Shown in pieces: positions 12,501-26,172 of a stretch of DNA of 64,000 bases. This DNA comes from Octopus vulgaris (taxonomy: Eukaryota), in contig OX597828.1 of the NCBI GenBank assembly GCA_951406725.2, positions 33,852,001 through 33,916,000 of the forward strand, read 5' to 3'. A program made the position numbers and the translations under genes. A model generated the notes under the pieces. The model worked only from the letters and a program-made list of their open reading frames with translations, was not told the DNA's origin and ran no database searches. The stretch's first letter is position 1. Each line of letters opens with the position of its first letter.

Positions 12501-15500
12501 TGAACCAGTGAGTGTGTTATATTAAGGCAGTATGACTCATCCCAGACAGAACAAAATTTATTTCAACACACAAATTCACATAAAGAATTTTGCAAACCAG
12601 ATACAAAAACAAAGTGTGTGTATATATATGTGTGTGTCTGCGTTTGTCCCCCCGAATACCATCACTTGACAACCAATGTTGGTGTGTTTATGTCCCCGTA
12701 ATGTAGTGGTTTGGCAAAAGAGACCAATAGAATAAGTAAATAAGTCCTGGGGTCAATTTGTTCAACTAAAGGTGGTGCTCCAGTATGCCCACAGTTAAAT
12801 GACTGAAACAAATAAAAGAATAATATATATATATATATAAATCTTTTATCTTTTATCTCGTTTCAGTCAATGGACTGCGGCCATGCTGGAGCACTGCCTA
12901 GAAGAATCGTTAGTTGAATGGATCAACCCTAATACTTATTTTCTTCTTAGTCTATCGGTCCCTTTAGTCAAACTGCCAGGTTACAGGATGTCAAAACACC
13001 AACACTGGTTGTCAAGCAGCAGTGGGGGACAAACACAGATATATGATCGGCTTCTTTCAGTTTCTGTCTACCAGATCCAATCCAAATCTCAGCTTGAGCT
13101 CAAATTATAAATTTCAACAACTAAATCTCATTGAACTAATGAGGGAGACTATATGTGATTGCTAGACCAAGCAAGAAATAGCAACCAAATTTCCCTCCAA
13201 TCCTACCTTATTGTTTTAAAACTGCTGATTAACAAAACATGGACATAGTCACACACATACGGCCTCAAAGTGATATTGTTTAAAAGGAATTGAAACTGTG
13301 ATGTAGGTTTGATTTTCTGAGAGCCAAACTACAATTCTATGAGTTCACACATGCACTAATGCATGAACAGGTCTCCACATGCACACGTATGCATATACAG
13401 TATTGTCTCTACATACACACAAACACACTAACTGGTCTCCACTCACACATACATACATCATCAACATACACTAATACACAACATATACACAACATATATA
13501 TGCTAGCATGGAGAACGGACGTTAAACGACGATGATATATACACATTACACATACACACACTTGAGACTATAAACCGGTTAAATAACAATAAAGATAAAA
13601 AGAAACAAGCAAACGAAACACAAAGAATGAGTCATGACTTACCTGGATATTAATTAACCACTGAAGCATACCATTAACACCTTCCTCACCATCTGAAATC
13701 TTCCAGATTACAAGGTAGAGCGAACGCTTCAGCAGAAAGTAGCGATGTGTGGCATAGTACTCTCGCTGCGACCATTCAACAGAAGAAAAGAACAGAATGA
13801 AAAACAACTTCATTAATTAAACAAACATAATTAACCATTGTGGGTAACAGGTCGACTAATATCTTGTCAAAGGAGAAAAAAGTTGTTTTTGAGCCATTTC
13901 ACACACACACACACACACACACGCACGCACACACACATGCATGCATATAACTTAAATGAATGTGGTGTAGTCTGTCTGTCTGTCTTATAGGCCACACTTA
14001 TAAGACACACTTTTTCTATTCTTAAATGTAACAAAGAATTGCCATGCATCTAATGAGGTCTGTGTGAGTGTATGATGAAACATATTCAATTTGTTTTTTC
14101 ACAAAATATTTTTTTTTTCCATAAAAACATAGGGATTCATCTTATACGAGAGTATATCTCATACACTAGCAAACATGGTATCTCTCTCTCTCTCTCTCTC
14201 TCTCACTTACTCACACATACACACACTCAAATACACACACTTACAAACACAACTACCACCACAAGAAAACAGGGATCCTCTACATAGCTACTTCACCTAC
14301 TAAACATAATAGCTAAATTCTTTTAAATCATACCTTACATTTTTTTATCAATATTGTTCTAAACAAGGCTTAAGACCACTGTAGTGTAAGGGACTACGAA
14401 GGAAAAGATGGGGGCTTACAAATTCAAAAGGACTTAATTTCATAAAGCAGAGGAAAAGCAAGATGATGGTAGTGAGTTGCAAAGAATGGCAATCCAAGAC
14501 ATGAAGCTATAAAAATTAAAATTTATGATTAACAGGAAACTCAACAGAATTATTAAGTATGCCTGGGAAGAGATGCATGTGACATACTTAAAGATCTTGA
14601 TAGGGTACTAAACCTGAAAGTCTGGTACCTGTTGGTTTCTGCCTTAGAAAAAAAGGAAGGATACATCAGATGATGTTATTCTAGATAAACCTTAAAAAAT
14701 GGGATTGTCATGGATAAGAAGCTTCAATCAGAAATTTGTTCAATCAGAATTGATCTGGACCTCAACAATAATATCTGCTATCGCTGCCCCATCCCTCAGT
14801 CTCATATAAATATGTTGTATAGTGACTGTGCGATGTCTTTTCATCTGACGTCACATCGTCAAATGTCTTTTCGTCCACATGTTTCGGTCTGATGTCTTTT
14901 TGTCCAGTAATTTGTTTTTGTCCAACGACAAATCCTGTCAATAAAATTCTCAATGCTCCTTTGACTTTGATATTCACCTTGTTTTCTAAAGAGTTCATTT
15001 AAAATTGGACAAAAAGTTGTTGGACAAAAAAAAATCATCAGACAAAATGACATCAGATCAAAATACAAGGAGAAAGTAACGTTGGACAAAGTGACATCAG
15101 ATGAAAAGTCAGGTGACGTATAGTGACAGAGTTGAAACAATATTTTACCTGTCCTCCAAAGTCCCAAGTCCGGAATGTGATTGGACCTTTTGTTGGTTTA
15201 TCAAGAATCACCTTCTCCATGTCAATGCCTACTGTTGATAATAGCCGTCCCTTCGCTGTGCCGCTTCCTCCAATGCGCTCCACCCAATGCTGGAATGAAC
15301 GTAGAAATCATTGTTGTTGCACACATCAGTAACATCTTCATCATTATCAATATCATCACATTACAACATCATCATCACCACCATCATCCTCATGTCACCA
15401 GCATCAACATCCACTCATCAACATCATTAACCCAGTATGCAAGTACTTAATTTATCGACCCCCTGAAAGAATGAAAGGCAAAGTCAACCTCAGCGGAATT

Positions 15501-15609
15501 TGAACTCAGAACGTAAAGACAGACGAAATACCGCTAAGCATTTTGCCTGGCATGCTAACATTTCTACCAAATTGCTGCTGCTACTGCTGCCACCATCACC
15601 GCCACAAGA

Positions 15610-15644
<35 letters not shown>

Positions 15645-16556
15645 CATAATAATAATAATAATAGTCAAGACAAAGAGTGCAAATTGATTGCAATAGATAT
15701 TTTATTGATTGAATGATATTTCAACAGTAAGTCTGTCTTTGTCAAATTCAAAATAAGAAGTGATAAAAATTCAAAGTCCTGTCCATTGTGCAACAACATG
15801 AGTGAAGTGAATTCCATCAGAAATAATAAAAAGAAATGTTATGATTTATACAGAAGGTGGAACATGTAAAGATTCCCATTTGGTGTACGCTGCAGAATGC
15901 ACAAAACACAACTTGATTTATTCTGGTTGTACAACAGAACAATTAAACAAAAGGTTTAATGGGAACAGATTCAACGTCAGGCACAATAACAGTAGTTCGA
16001 GAGAACTTGCTGAACATTTCGTCTCAAGTGGCTGCAATTTTGAAGGAGACTTGAAAGTGCATATTCTCAGAAAATATTCTGAATTTGCTTTGCTTTCACT
16101 TCTCAGAATGTATCAGGAGAAATATGCTTGCGGATTATTAACATCATGCCCTGGAGGAATGAATAAGATGACAGGAGAATATCATCAAATTTATACAAAA
16201 CTGTTTGATTAAATCTTATTTCTTTCTTTTTTCTTTCCTTTTTTTCTGTTGTCTTCTTTTTTCTGTTTTTTTTTCTGTCTTTTTCTTTTCGCCTGTTATA
16301 AAATTGTAACTTAAAGACGGATGATGTCATTCCATCAACGTGTGGATGCTAGTTGCTCTCGTTCATACTTTATGTTTAAATTTCTGTAATTTTGAATTTT
16401 TATCACTTCTTATTCTGAACTTGACAAAGACAGACGTACTGTTGAAAGATCGTTGAACTAATAAAATATCTTACAATCAAATCGCGCTCTTCGTCTTGAC
16501 CGTTTACCTTTCTGAAGAGTTACGTCAATCCTTTTTTTAAAAAAATAATAATAATA

Positions 16557-16589
<33 letters not shown>

Positions 16590-17784
16590 ATAATAATAAC
16601 AATGTCAAGTAAGACTCAAATATGAAAATGTGAAACAATAAAGAAAATATCATTAGATACCTAATCTTTCTCTCTCTCTATCTATCTATCTACTTATTTA
16701 TATCTCTCCCACACACACACACACTTGTCCAACACCACAGCCTTACAAACAGTTAACATAACTCTGAAACAACACAGCAAGTTTGGACATACCTTCGGTC
16801 GACTGTCTTTGGGTATTTTGCAAAGTTTCCTCAGTTGCAACAGTAAAGATGTTTTACCAACATTATGAGTGCCAACAAGCATCAGATTTAAGCAGTTGTA
16901 TTCACATTCCCTGCAAAATAAACAGACATCAAATGTGAAAAAAAAAATAGCCGTTTAGGAATTGGAAATAATAAAAGTGACAATTGGCAAAAGATACAAA
17001 CATGACGTGTGGCTAACTCGGTTTCCATAGCAAATAAATGGCTGAGATTATAACAGTCTCTTCTCAATAGAAAACCATTCTGTTGCAGGATTAAATTTCC
17101 AGCAATTGCTGGAACTCATTTTGCAACTGAGTGGACTGGAGTAACATGAAATGAAGTGTCTTGCCCAAGAACACAAAGCACTGCCCAGTATGGGATTTGA
17201 AACTATGATTTTACAATTGTGAATGCCATGTCCTAACCCCTAGGCCACAAGCCTCCACTGAAAAGAGGAAAATAAGGAGAGAAAAATGATAAAATTCTTA
17301 CGCTTCAAGCACTGAATTAAGAAAGCCTGTAATCTCAACAGCAGGTCGATTCATTGCAATCAAGTCGTGCACAGGCCCTTCTAAGGGACAGTTTTCCAGA
17401 TCAAGCTTCCACAATCTTTTCAGTAAACCCATTTCAGCAGGAAGCTGTCAAAATAAAGAAAGAAGTAAAAAAAAATAAAAAGGAAAGAAAGGAAATGAAT
17501 AAGTCCACTGGATCAGCTGACCTGGGGCTAAATAACAACATGCACCTATTATATCAAACATATGGGATGCATGAGACAACATGGAAAGAGAAAAAAAAAT
17601 CGACTGACGTACCTCTCGTATGTCATTGTCACTAAGATTTAGCATTTTCAGTTGAGACAATAAACCAATATCCCCAGCAACTTTGTTGATTCGATTGAAA
17701 CTCACATCTATCATGGTCAAGTTTGGAAATATTACCACTGGTGGTGGACCTATTCCAGATGTTGTGGACTGAAAAAAAATCCAA

Positions 17785-17826
<42 letters not shown>

Positions 17827-18170
17827 GGAAGTAGTGGGAGAGCATCATAGCCATGTGTTGAGAGGGATTCTTTGGGATTTGAATAATTCACCTCTGGAAA
17901 CATTGGTGTTTCGTTCAACATCCTTAAGCAACCCTTATTCAGGGACCTTTTGAGTGGGATGGGTTACTCGATCAGAATAAAATTCTAACTGGACCCCACC
18001 TGCAAGGTCATGTGCTGTTTATCTTGATATGAGATCACCATGTGGCGCACATATGGTTGTGATGCATGTGCCTAGTGTACCCTTATCAGACGGGTAGTCA
18101 TGATGGGTATATTGGGCTTCGTATATTTTACCCGAGTGTCACTTTGATGGCATGCACTACTCTCTCACTC

Positions 18171-18205
<35 letters not shown>

Positions 18206-21200
18206 TAATAATAATAAAATTGGTACAACCACAAATCTGAAGGCATCGTAAAAAATACAAATGCAAAGATCCTATGGGATTTTATGATTCAGTGTGACCA
18301 TGCGATAGAGAATAGGAAGCTGGACATAGTCTTAATTGAGAAAGAAAACAAACTATGTTGGATCATAGATATAGCATGCCCAGCTGACAACAAGGTATGT
18401 GATAAGGAAGAAAGAAAAGTCTAGATATATGACAGGCTAGCTTGGGAAGTTAAGCAGTTGTGGTCAATGGAAAAGGTAGCAGTAGTACCAATAATTGTCG
18501 GAGCCCTGGGAACAGTGAGCAAAAATCTCGAGAAGTACATGGAAAAAATTGGGGCTGCAGTAAGGGTGGAGCATTTGCAGAAAACAGCACTGCTTGGAAC
18601 TGTTCGAATACTCCAGAAGGTGCTTGAAAAATAAGAGGTGTTACCTTATCTGTTCACTGGTAGCGAACAGCTGACACCATAGTACATTTCCAGCGTTAGA
18701 AGCTGTGCAAAGGCAACAACAACAACAATTGTTTCTAATTTAACCCTTTAGTATTTAAACCGGCCATATCCGACCAAAATAGTTAATCTGTTTTATGTTC
18801 AAACTGACCAGATCCAGGCTCTCACACCTACCCTACAATGTTATTCTACATTAGGTAATTACACCATCAACATCTTGAAGATATGAGATAATGCATGATT
18901 AATTCAAATCAATGGGAATCAATAGGCATTATGTTTGATTCAATAATCTGAACACTAAAGGGTTAAACACAAGGATTGCAGTTTTGGGAGACATAAGATT
19001 AATCGATACCATCAACTCCAGTGTTTGACTGGTACTTCATTTTATCAGGGGGATGAAAGGCAGAAAAGAAAATAATACACCAAACAAAAAAAAACACAGA
19101 GAAAAAGAAAAAGGTAAAATAATTCTTACACTTCGGAAAGAGCCTTCAGTTCCAACAGAATTTCTTGAATGGCAAGAGTCAGCAGATGTATTAACAGGAT
19201 GAATGAAGTTTAAGGATGAAAGACGATTAGCATGCAAATTCAATGTCTGCAAATTCACCAAAATTCGGTGCTGACGATGAACACAGGTGTTCAAGTCTTG
19301 TATGTAAGAAGTAAATGGTGGTGTGCCACTGAGCCTCCACGAAGATGTTGATCCCCTACAGATAAACAAAAGCAATATTCACTTTAATAGAATTTTGAGA
19401 TGAAATTTACAATAACTCACAGAAGCTCCAGCCTCTGAACTACAGGTGTACTGTGTCCTCTCCCTGTCTGTTTTTGCTCCTTGGAACTGAGTAAGCTCAT
19501 TCTGCTCAGGCATTTCTAATTCACTTATCTTTCCTTTATGTGAATGGACACATTGCAACAAAAGAGACAGGATACAAACTTGTAAATTTTAGTCTGGTAT
19601 CCAGGTGTAGCAATATTGATATCCTCACTGTTTGAGAAAAACATTAGGAATGATCTCGTTTGAGATTACAACCATTTTTGGCTAGTTTAACCCCGTTGTG
19701 TCCACTGATATGATTGGTTAGCATCTAGCGCAGTTTGTCTCTCTACTTATTTCGCGCCAGTGTGTAAACTGACCAATCACGGCCTTCAGATAGGATCTTT
19801 CAATTGAGTCATATTCACTCTTTAAATAAGCTAGTATTTTCACAATTCATCGTCTTTCGGCTCAAGACCTTCTAAGGTCTTGTCGGAGACCACACAGAGC
19901 AACTCGGCCATGTTCCAGTTCTAACTACAGACGACAGCCAGCCAACCATACTATGAAGATGCTATTGTATACCAGCAACAGACAGAACGTCATCACCAAC
20001 GTCTTCTACATCTCCGAAGATTTCAACTGGTACACAACAACACAAATACACAGATTCAACTCATGCTGTTTGTGTGAAACTATCACCACAGAAAAACAGT
20101 TGCAGTATATATATCTGAAAGAACAATCTATACCAAGAGAAACCTGCACAACAAGTGACTCAACTAGTCCCCGCTTCGAGACCCAAATCTTGTTATAGAA
20201 CTTATTATCGTATACCACATGAACTGGTAACTAACTCTATAATAACTCCATATGCTGAGACTTTTCTTATGCTCTGTATTTCTGTTGTATTCGCATGCAC
20301 CTTTATCTGTACCTTCTATCGCACACACGAACACACACACAAATACTATACGCATGCATTCATACCACAACACTACGCTAGTAATCACAACTCACTCTGT
20401 ACACTCTGAATAAAATCTATCTTCTCTCTCAAACAGTAGAACGGTTTGGTGTCCTTTATTCTTTTCCTTTGGCACTGTATAATATATCCATGTACAATGG
20501 CTTATCTTATATTATTATATTATGTTATGTAGGATGCGACCGTGCAGCGTACAAGGAGACCTTGTCACCAAACTCCTTATGTACGGTCGTATAAATTCCT
20601 ACACAGGCATCATATAACATCAACATGATCAGCCATAACTCTTGAGAAAAAGACGGAACATTTCAAAACACACAAAACATAAGAATTAAGAGAATACTCA
20701 CTGTCTGGTATTATAGCAAAACAATGACTCGGTGCTTGTTGATGTAGAACCTTGTTTCGACGACATACTGATAAGCCGGTTTTGGCTGAGATCAAGTTCT
20801 CGCAACATCGATGGATAAAGACTGAGATTGCCCCAATTGTAAATATCATTTTCTGAGATATTTAACTGATCCAGGTTTGGGAAACAACAAGCCAAACCCT
20901 CAGGAATTTCTTTCAAGTGATTGGATGAAAGGTTGAGAACTTTAAGGCCTAGTTTACGTCCATTTTCATCGTTAGCGGGCACATCAGATTCCGTGCTCAC
21001 CTGCAAACTGCTGTGCCAATAGACACAATGTTGCACGTCCATTTTCAAGTTATGCGATAACACAGTATCGCTATACTCATCCAGCTCTTGGCTGGTGGAA
21101 TGCCCCAAAGTGAATACTTCTGAATTGTCATTGCTGGAAATACTCTCGCTGCATGAGTAGGTGGTTGAATATCTTTGCCGATTTGACATCATTACCCGGC

Positions 21201-22668
21201 TCTGGTAAGCTGGACACATAAAGGATCGCAAGTTGTTATAAGAGAAATCGACATTCTCTAACGAAGATGTGAACCAAAAGTCCTCTGGAATGTTCTCTAA
21301 GCGATTGTAGGAAGCATTTAAATAAAATAGTATGGGTAAATGAAAGATATAACTTGGTAAAAAAAGTAACTTGTTGTGACTAATGTTCAATTTGACTAGA
21401 TTTGGCCACAGTTCTCCAACCTGTAAGGGGTTTGTTTCAGAAAGTGCGTCAACCTCATTGTGTGAAATATCTAAGTAACAAAGAGAAGATAATTCATATA
21501 AAATGGACGGAAACTTTAATATTCTGTTGCCCTGAAGATTAATTCTTGTGATGGTACACAACGACAGTTGTGTGTGGCTGCTATTAAGGTAAGGGTTGTG
21601 AAGCAAAGAAGCAGAAATCAACCAAGAAGTGTGCACGCATGTGAGAATACGCAAGTCCTGCCAGCAAAGAGAAACAGCAGTCATTGGAGGATAAAGTTGT
21701 CCGTCGAGTTCAGAAGAGTTAAAGCTCTCGATGTTACCACTCTCCGACATAAAAGACAATTCAGAAGCTTTCTGCTTCACTTGATTACGGTCAATATGAC
21801 AATGAGTATCCGGTACAGTTTTATATTTGAGAATCACCCCAAGCATCTCAACATCCTGAGATATTTCAGCAGCCATGAGAATATGATTGCGATCGTCTTT
21901 GGCACCATGTTGTAAAAGAAGGTCAACCAAAGAAATGTAACCGTAATCAGAAGCTGTTTTCAAGACGAATGTGAGTTCATTAGGGTCAGCCCTAACTCCT
22001 GTGTTAACCCCAGTTTCTAGCAGAATACTTGCAATTTCCTGAAAATTATGAAGAACAGCTATTTGCAGAGGACTCAGTCCATTTACAGTGAATGGTTTAC
22101 ATAAGTGAACTGTGGGAAACATTTGACTTTGGGTCATACTTTCAGAAGTCTGGAAAAAAAAGAGAGAGAAAAACAAAAAGAAAAGAATCTTGTTAGATGT
22201 TAAGAAACTGTTTTTAATATATTTTATACACACACACATCATTATCATCATCATCATCATTTAGCTTCTGTTTTCCATGCTGGCATGGGTTAGACAGTTT
22301 GACTGGGACAGGTAAGCCAGAGGACTGCATCAAGCTCCAGTCTGACTTGGCTTGATTTCTACAGCTGGCCGTCCTTCTTATATCTATATATATATATATA
22401 TATATAAACCAATTATGTTAGAGTTTAATTCTTCCTAGAATTAAGGTTGAATGAATGTGGTGATATCTAAGGTATGTTTACTCCCAAACAACACTTCTTT
22501 TAGTGCTGTTGACACAGCTGGATTGAATGGTATGGTCCAGGTGTCGAAACCATAATGATATCCATGGGGGCAGCTGATGATGGAGGTATGTTGGATTGTT
22601 GGTATGGCTGTTATTGTATGTGTGGAATAGTTTTATAAGACATTTGATATGTATGTATGTATGTATGT

Positions 22669-22702
<34 letters not shown>

Positions 22703-23955
22703 ACAGTCAGACAGACAGACAGACAGACAGACAGATGTGTGTGTGTGTGTGTGTGTGTATATGAGTTTGGAGGAATATATTTTCTGGATGGATATCATAC
22801 TAGCTCTTGGTTAAGTTCCAGTTAACGGCTAACCACAACAAACAGTATCTAACATCTATGATTACATTTAACTGTCAGTCACTCTGTGAATTCTTACAAT
22901 GGGTAATTCCATCTTCTGTTTACTGGACAGTAAAAACAATTGTCTGGCGTATAAATTGACATTGATAATGATAAAGAGTATGGAAACTTGTAGTTCCACA
23001 AAATTTATTTTATGGTTATATACAGTATATCAAAATGACCTATACGTGTTTCCGTTGCAGCATCTACTCACTGCTGCAAATGCAACCTTGCAGTATTGTT
23101 GGTACAGCTTCATCAAGGTCCATCCATTTGGTCATATTCTTAGTGTTCTGACCACAACTTTGCTCCAGTCTCTGTCCTAAGTTAGGCCTTGGTCTTAAAA
23201 TAAGTTAAGGTTGAGATTGTTGTTTTTGTAAGGCTCTTTGTTTCTTTTAACCCTTTAGCATTTAAACTGGCCAAATCCGGCCAAAAGTATTCTGCCTGTT
23301 TTATGGTCAAACTGGTCAGATCTGGTCTCTCACACCAACCCTACAATATCGTTTTTAAAATTAACAGCTTCCTCATCAAAATCTCATTGCTACAAGATAA
23401 TGCATGATTAGTTCAAAACAATGTGGATAAAAAAGGATTAATTTTGGTAGAATAATGCGAACACTAAAGGGTTAATGGTTGTGTGTGTTATTTTTAATTT
23501 TGAGTTTAGTGCTTGTATTAAATTAAAGGGTTCTTGTTTGTTTATATTCATTTTTTGGTTGGGCTGCTCAGCATGTGTTGTACACTGAATAGCGTATTTG
23601 TTTTTTTTTTTATTAATGATGGTTATTAACTATTTTTATGTTTAGGTTATGTTTTTCTATTTGTTATATCAAACCCAGCTTTTGCTGGGGCGCTGGCTAT
23701 CTAGAATTATCTTTATATCTCTTAAACATCCAAACTTTAAGAGATGTAAAGATAATTCTAAATACCCAACACCCCAGCAAAAGCTGGATTTGATATAACA
23801 AATAGAAAAACATAACCTAAACATAAAAATAGTTAATAACCATCATTAATAAAAAAAAATAACAAAACAAATACCCTTTATTATAATATGCTATATATAA
23901 CTATAATATAAAATAAATTTTGTGGATGTACAAGTCTCCATATTCTTTATTATAA

Positions 23956-24002
<47 letters not shown>

Positions 24003-26130
24003 AGCAAAATGACCCCCACCCACGTCCAATGGACAATGCTGAGTTGTCAAACATTTAAACCAAATTTTCTCAAAACAACTTGTTCGACCGTCCCATAGGC
24101 CTCCCCTTTGAGAAACACTGATTTAACCTATATTTGAGACACCAGCAAAAGAAGAAATAAAGATAGACTTTTTTTCTATTCCAAAGAATGCTTTAGCGAT
24201 CGCATTCTCACCTGACATCGATGTTTGTAAATTTTTTCAAGACTTATGCACGCCCTGATACCATTGGTATCTACATATCAAATTTGAATGCAATCGGATG
24301 GAGGATGCCCGAGATCCTAGAAGACACACACACAGACAGACAGAACGGATTTTATATAATAGATACACACTTTATGTTGTATTTTTTTTTAATTAGCAGA
24401 AAGTTACAAAAGTGAGTCAGGGGCCAAGTTTTTGTACATGGCAATTATCAAACATGCACAAAACTCTCAGCCCGTGAGTCATTTTTTTTAACTTTCTACC
24501 AATTAAAAATAGAAAAATAATATATTCATGTATTGAGTTCTATTTATCCTGTTTGTTTCACTATCATCTTCATCATCATCATCATCAACGTTTAACATCC
24601 ATTTTCCATGCTGGCATGGGTTGGACAGTTTGACCACCAGTATAGGAGCCAGTCCAGCAGGCCTGACATCGATCACGATCAGATAGTGCTTTTTACATGC
24701 TACCAGTATGGAAGCCAGTCTAGGGGCACTGGCATCAACCATGTTTGGATGATGCATTTTACATGCCACCGACATGGAAGCCAGTCAGGGGGCACTGGCC
24801 ACAGCTACGATTTTGGTTTTACTTGACTCAACAGGTTTTCTCAAGCATATCACATTGCCCGACACATTACGGGTGCTTTTAAATGGGCCGGACATGCAAC
24901 ACTGGCATCAGCTATGGCTGCAATCTCACTTTAGTTGCTGGGTCTTCTCAATCACAGCATAGCTCCAAAGTTCTCGGTCTCCTGTCCTTGCTTCAGTGAG
25001 GCCCAGCATTCAAAGGTCATGCTTCACCACCTCATCCCATGTCTCCCTGGGTCTACTTCTTCCACAGGTTCCTTCCACACACATACACACACATATATAC
25101 ACACCTAGATGCCCTTCTTAATAACAATTATATCATCATCATCATCATCGTTTAACGTCTGCTTTCCATGCTAGCATGGGTTGGACGAATGACTGAGGGC
25201 TAGCGAACCAGATGGCTGCACCAGGCTTCAATCTTGTTCTGGCAGAGTTTCTACAGCTGGATGCCTTCCTGACACCAACCACTTCGAGAGTGTAGTGGGT
25301 GCTTTTACATGCCACTGGCATGGGGCCAGTCAGGTGGTACTGGCAACAACATCACTCGTATCTTTTACACATGCCACCAGCACAGGTGCCAGTAAGGTGA
25401 TGCTGGTAACGATCACACTCGAATGGTGTCTTTTACGTGCCACCGGCACGGAGGCCAGATAGCCACTCTGGCAATGAACACCCTCGGATGGTGCTCATAA
25501 TACCCTACAAGCACGGGGCTCGAGTGCTAGTAAAGCGACGCTGGTAATGATCACACTCGAATGGTGCCTTTTAAGTGCCACTGGCACTGAAGCCAGTTAG
25601 CCGCTCTGTCAATGATCATACTCGTATGGTGCTCTTAGCACCCTGCAAGCACAGACACCAGTCATCGAAATTGATTTTGATTTCACTTGCCTCAACAGGT
25701 CTTCGCAAGCAGAGTTTTAGTGTCCAAAGAAGGAAAAGGTACGCATAAGTGGGCTGGTTGCACCCTTGGCATAGGCCACAAGATTATGATCTCATTTGGC
25801 TTGCCGGGTCTTCTCACGCACGGCATATTTCCAAAAGTCTCGGTCACTAGTCATTTCCTTGGTGAGGCCTAAAGTTTGAAGGTCGTGCTTCACCACTTCA
25901 TCCAAGGTAATGGATCACATGCACTGCCATCTTTCCTCAATCATGGTCACCATCATCATCATCAACATTTAACAGGAGGAGCTGTGTGGTAAGAAGTTTG
26001 CTTCACAATCACATGGTTTTGGGGTCAGTCCCACTGCGTAGCACCTTGGGCCAAGTGTCTTCCACTATAGCCTTGGGGTGACCAAAGCCTATTCAGTAGG
26101 TCTGGTAGATAGAAATTGAAAAAAACTCAT

Positions 26131-26172
<42 letters not shown>

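Noticed and set aside
855-21915. Plus-strand ORFs overlapping LRRK exons (855-1145, 9513-9755, 15123-15332, 21568-21915)
   Set aside because: Antisense shadows of coding exons with no independent support.
25300-25660. CRISPR-like pattern of repeats with spacers (also 55060-55210)
   Set aside because: Spacers resemble each other, the array lies in an RTE LINE 3' UTR, the context is eukaryotic and there are no cas genes.
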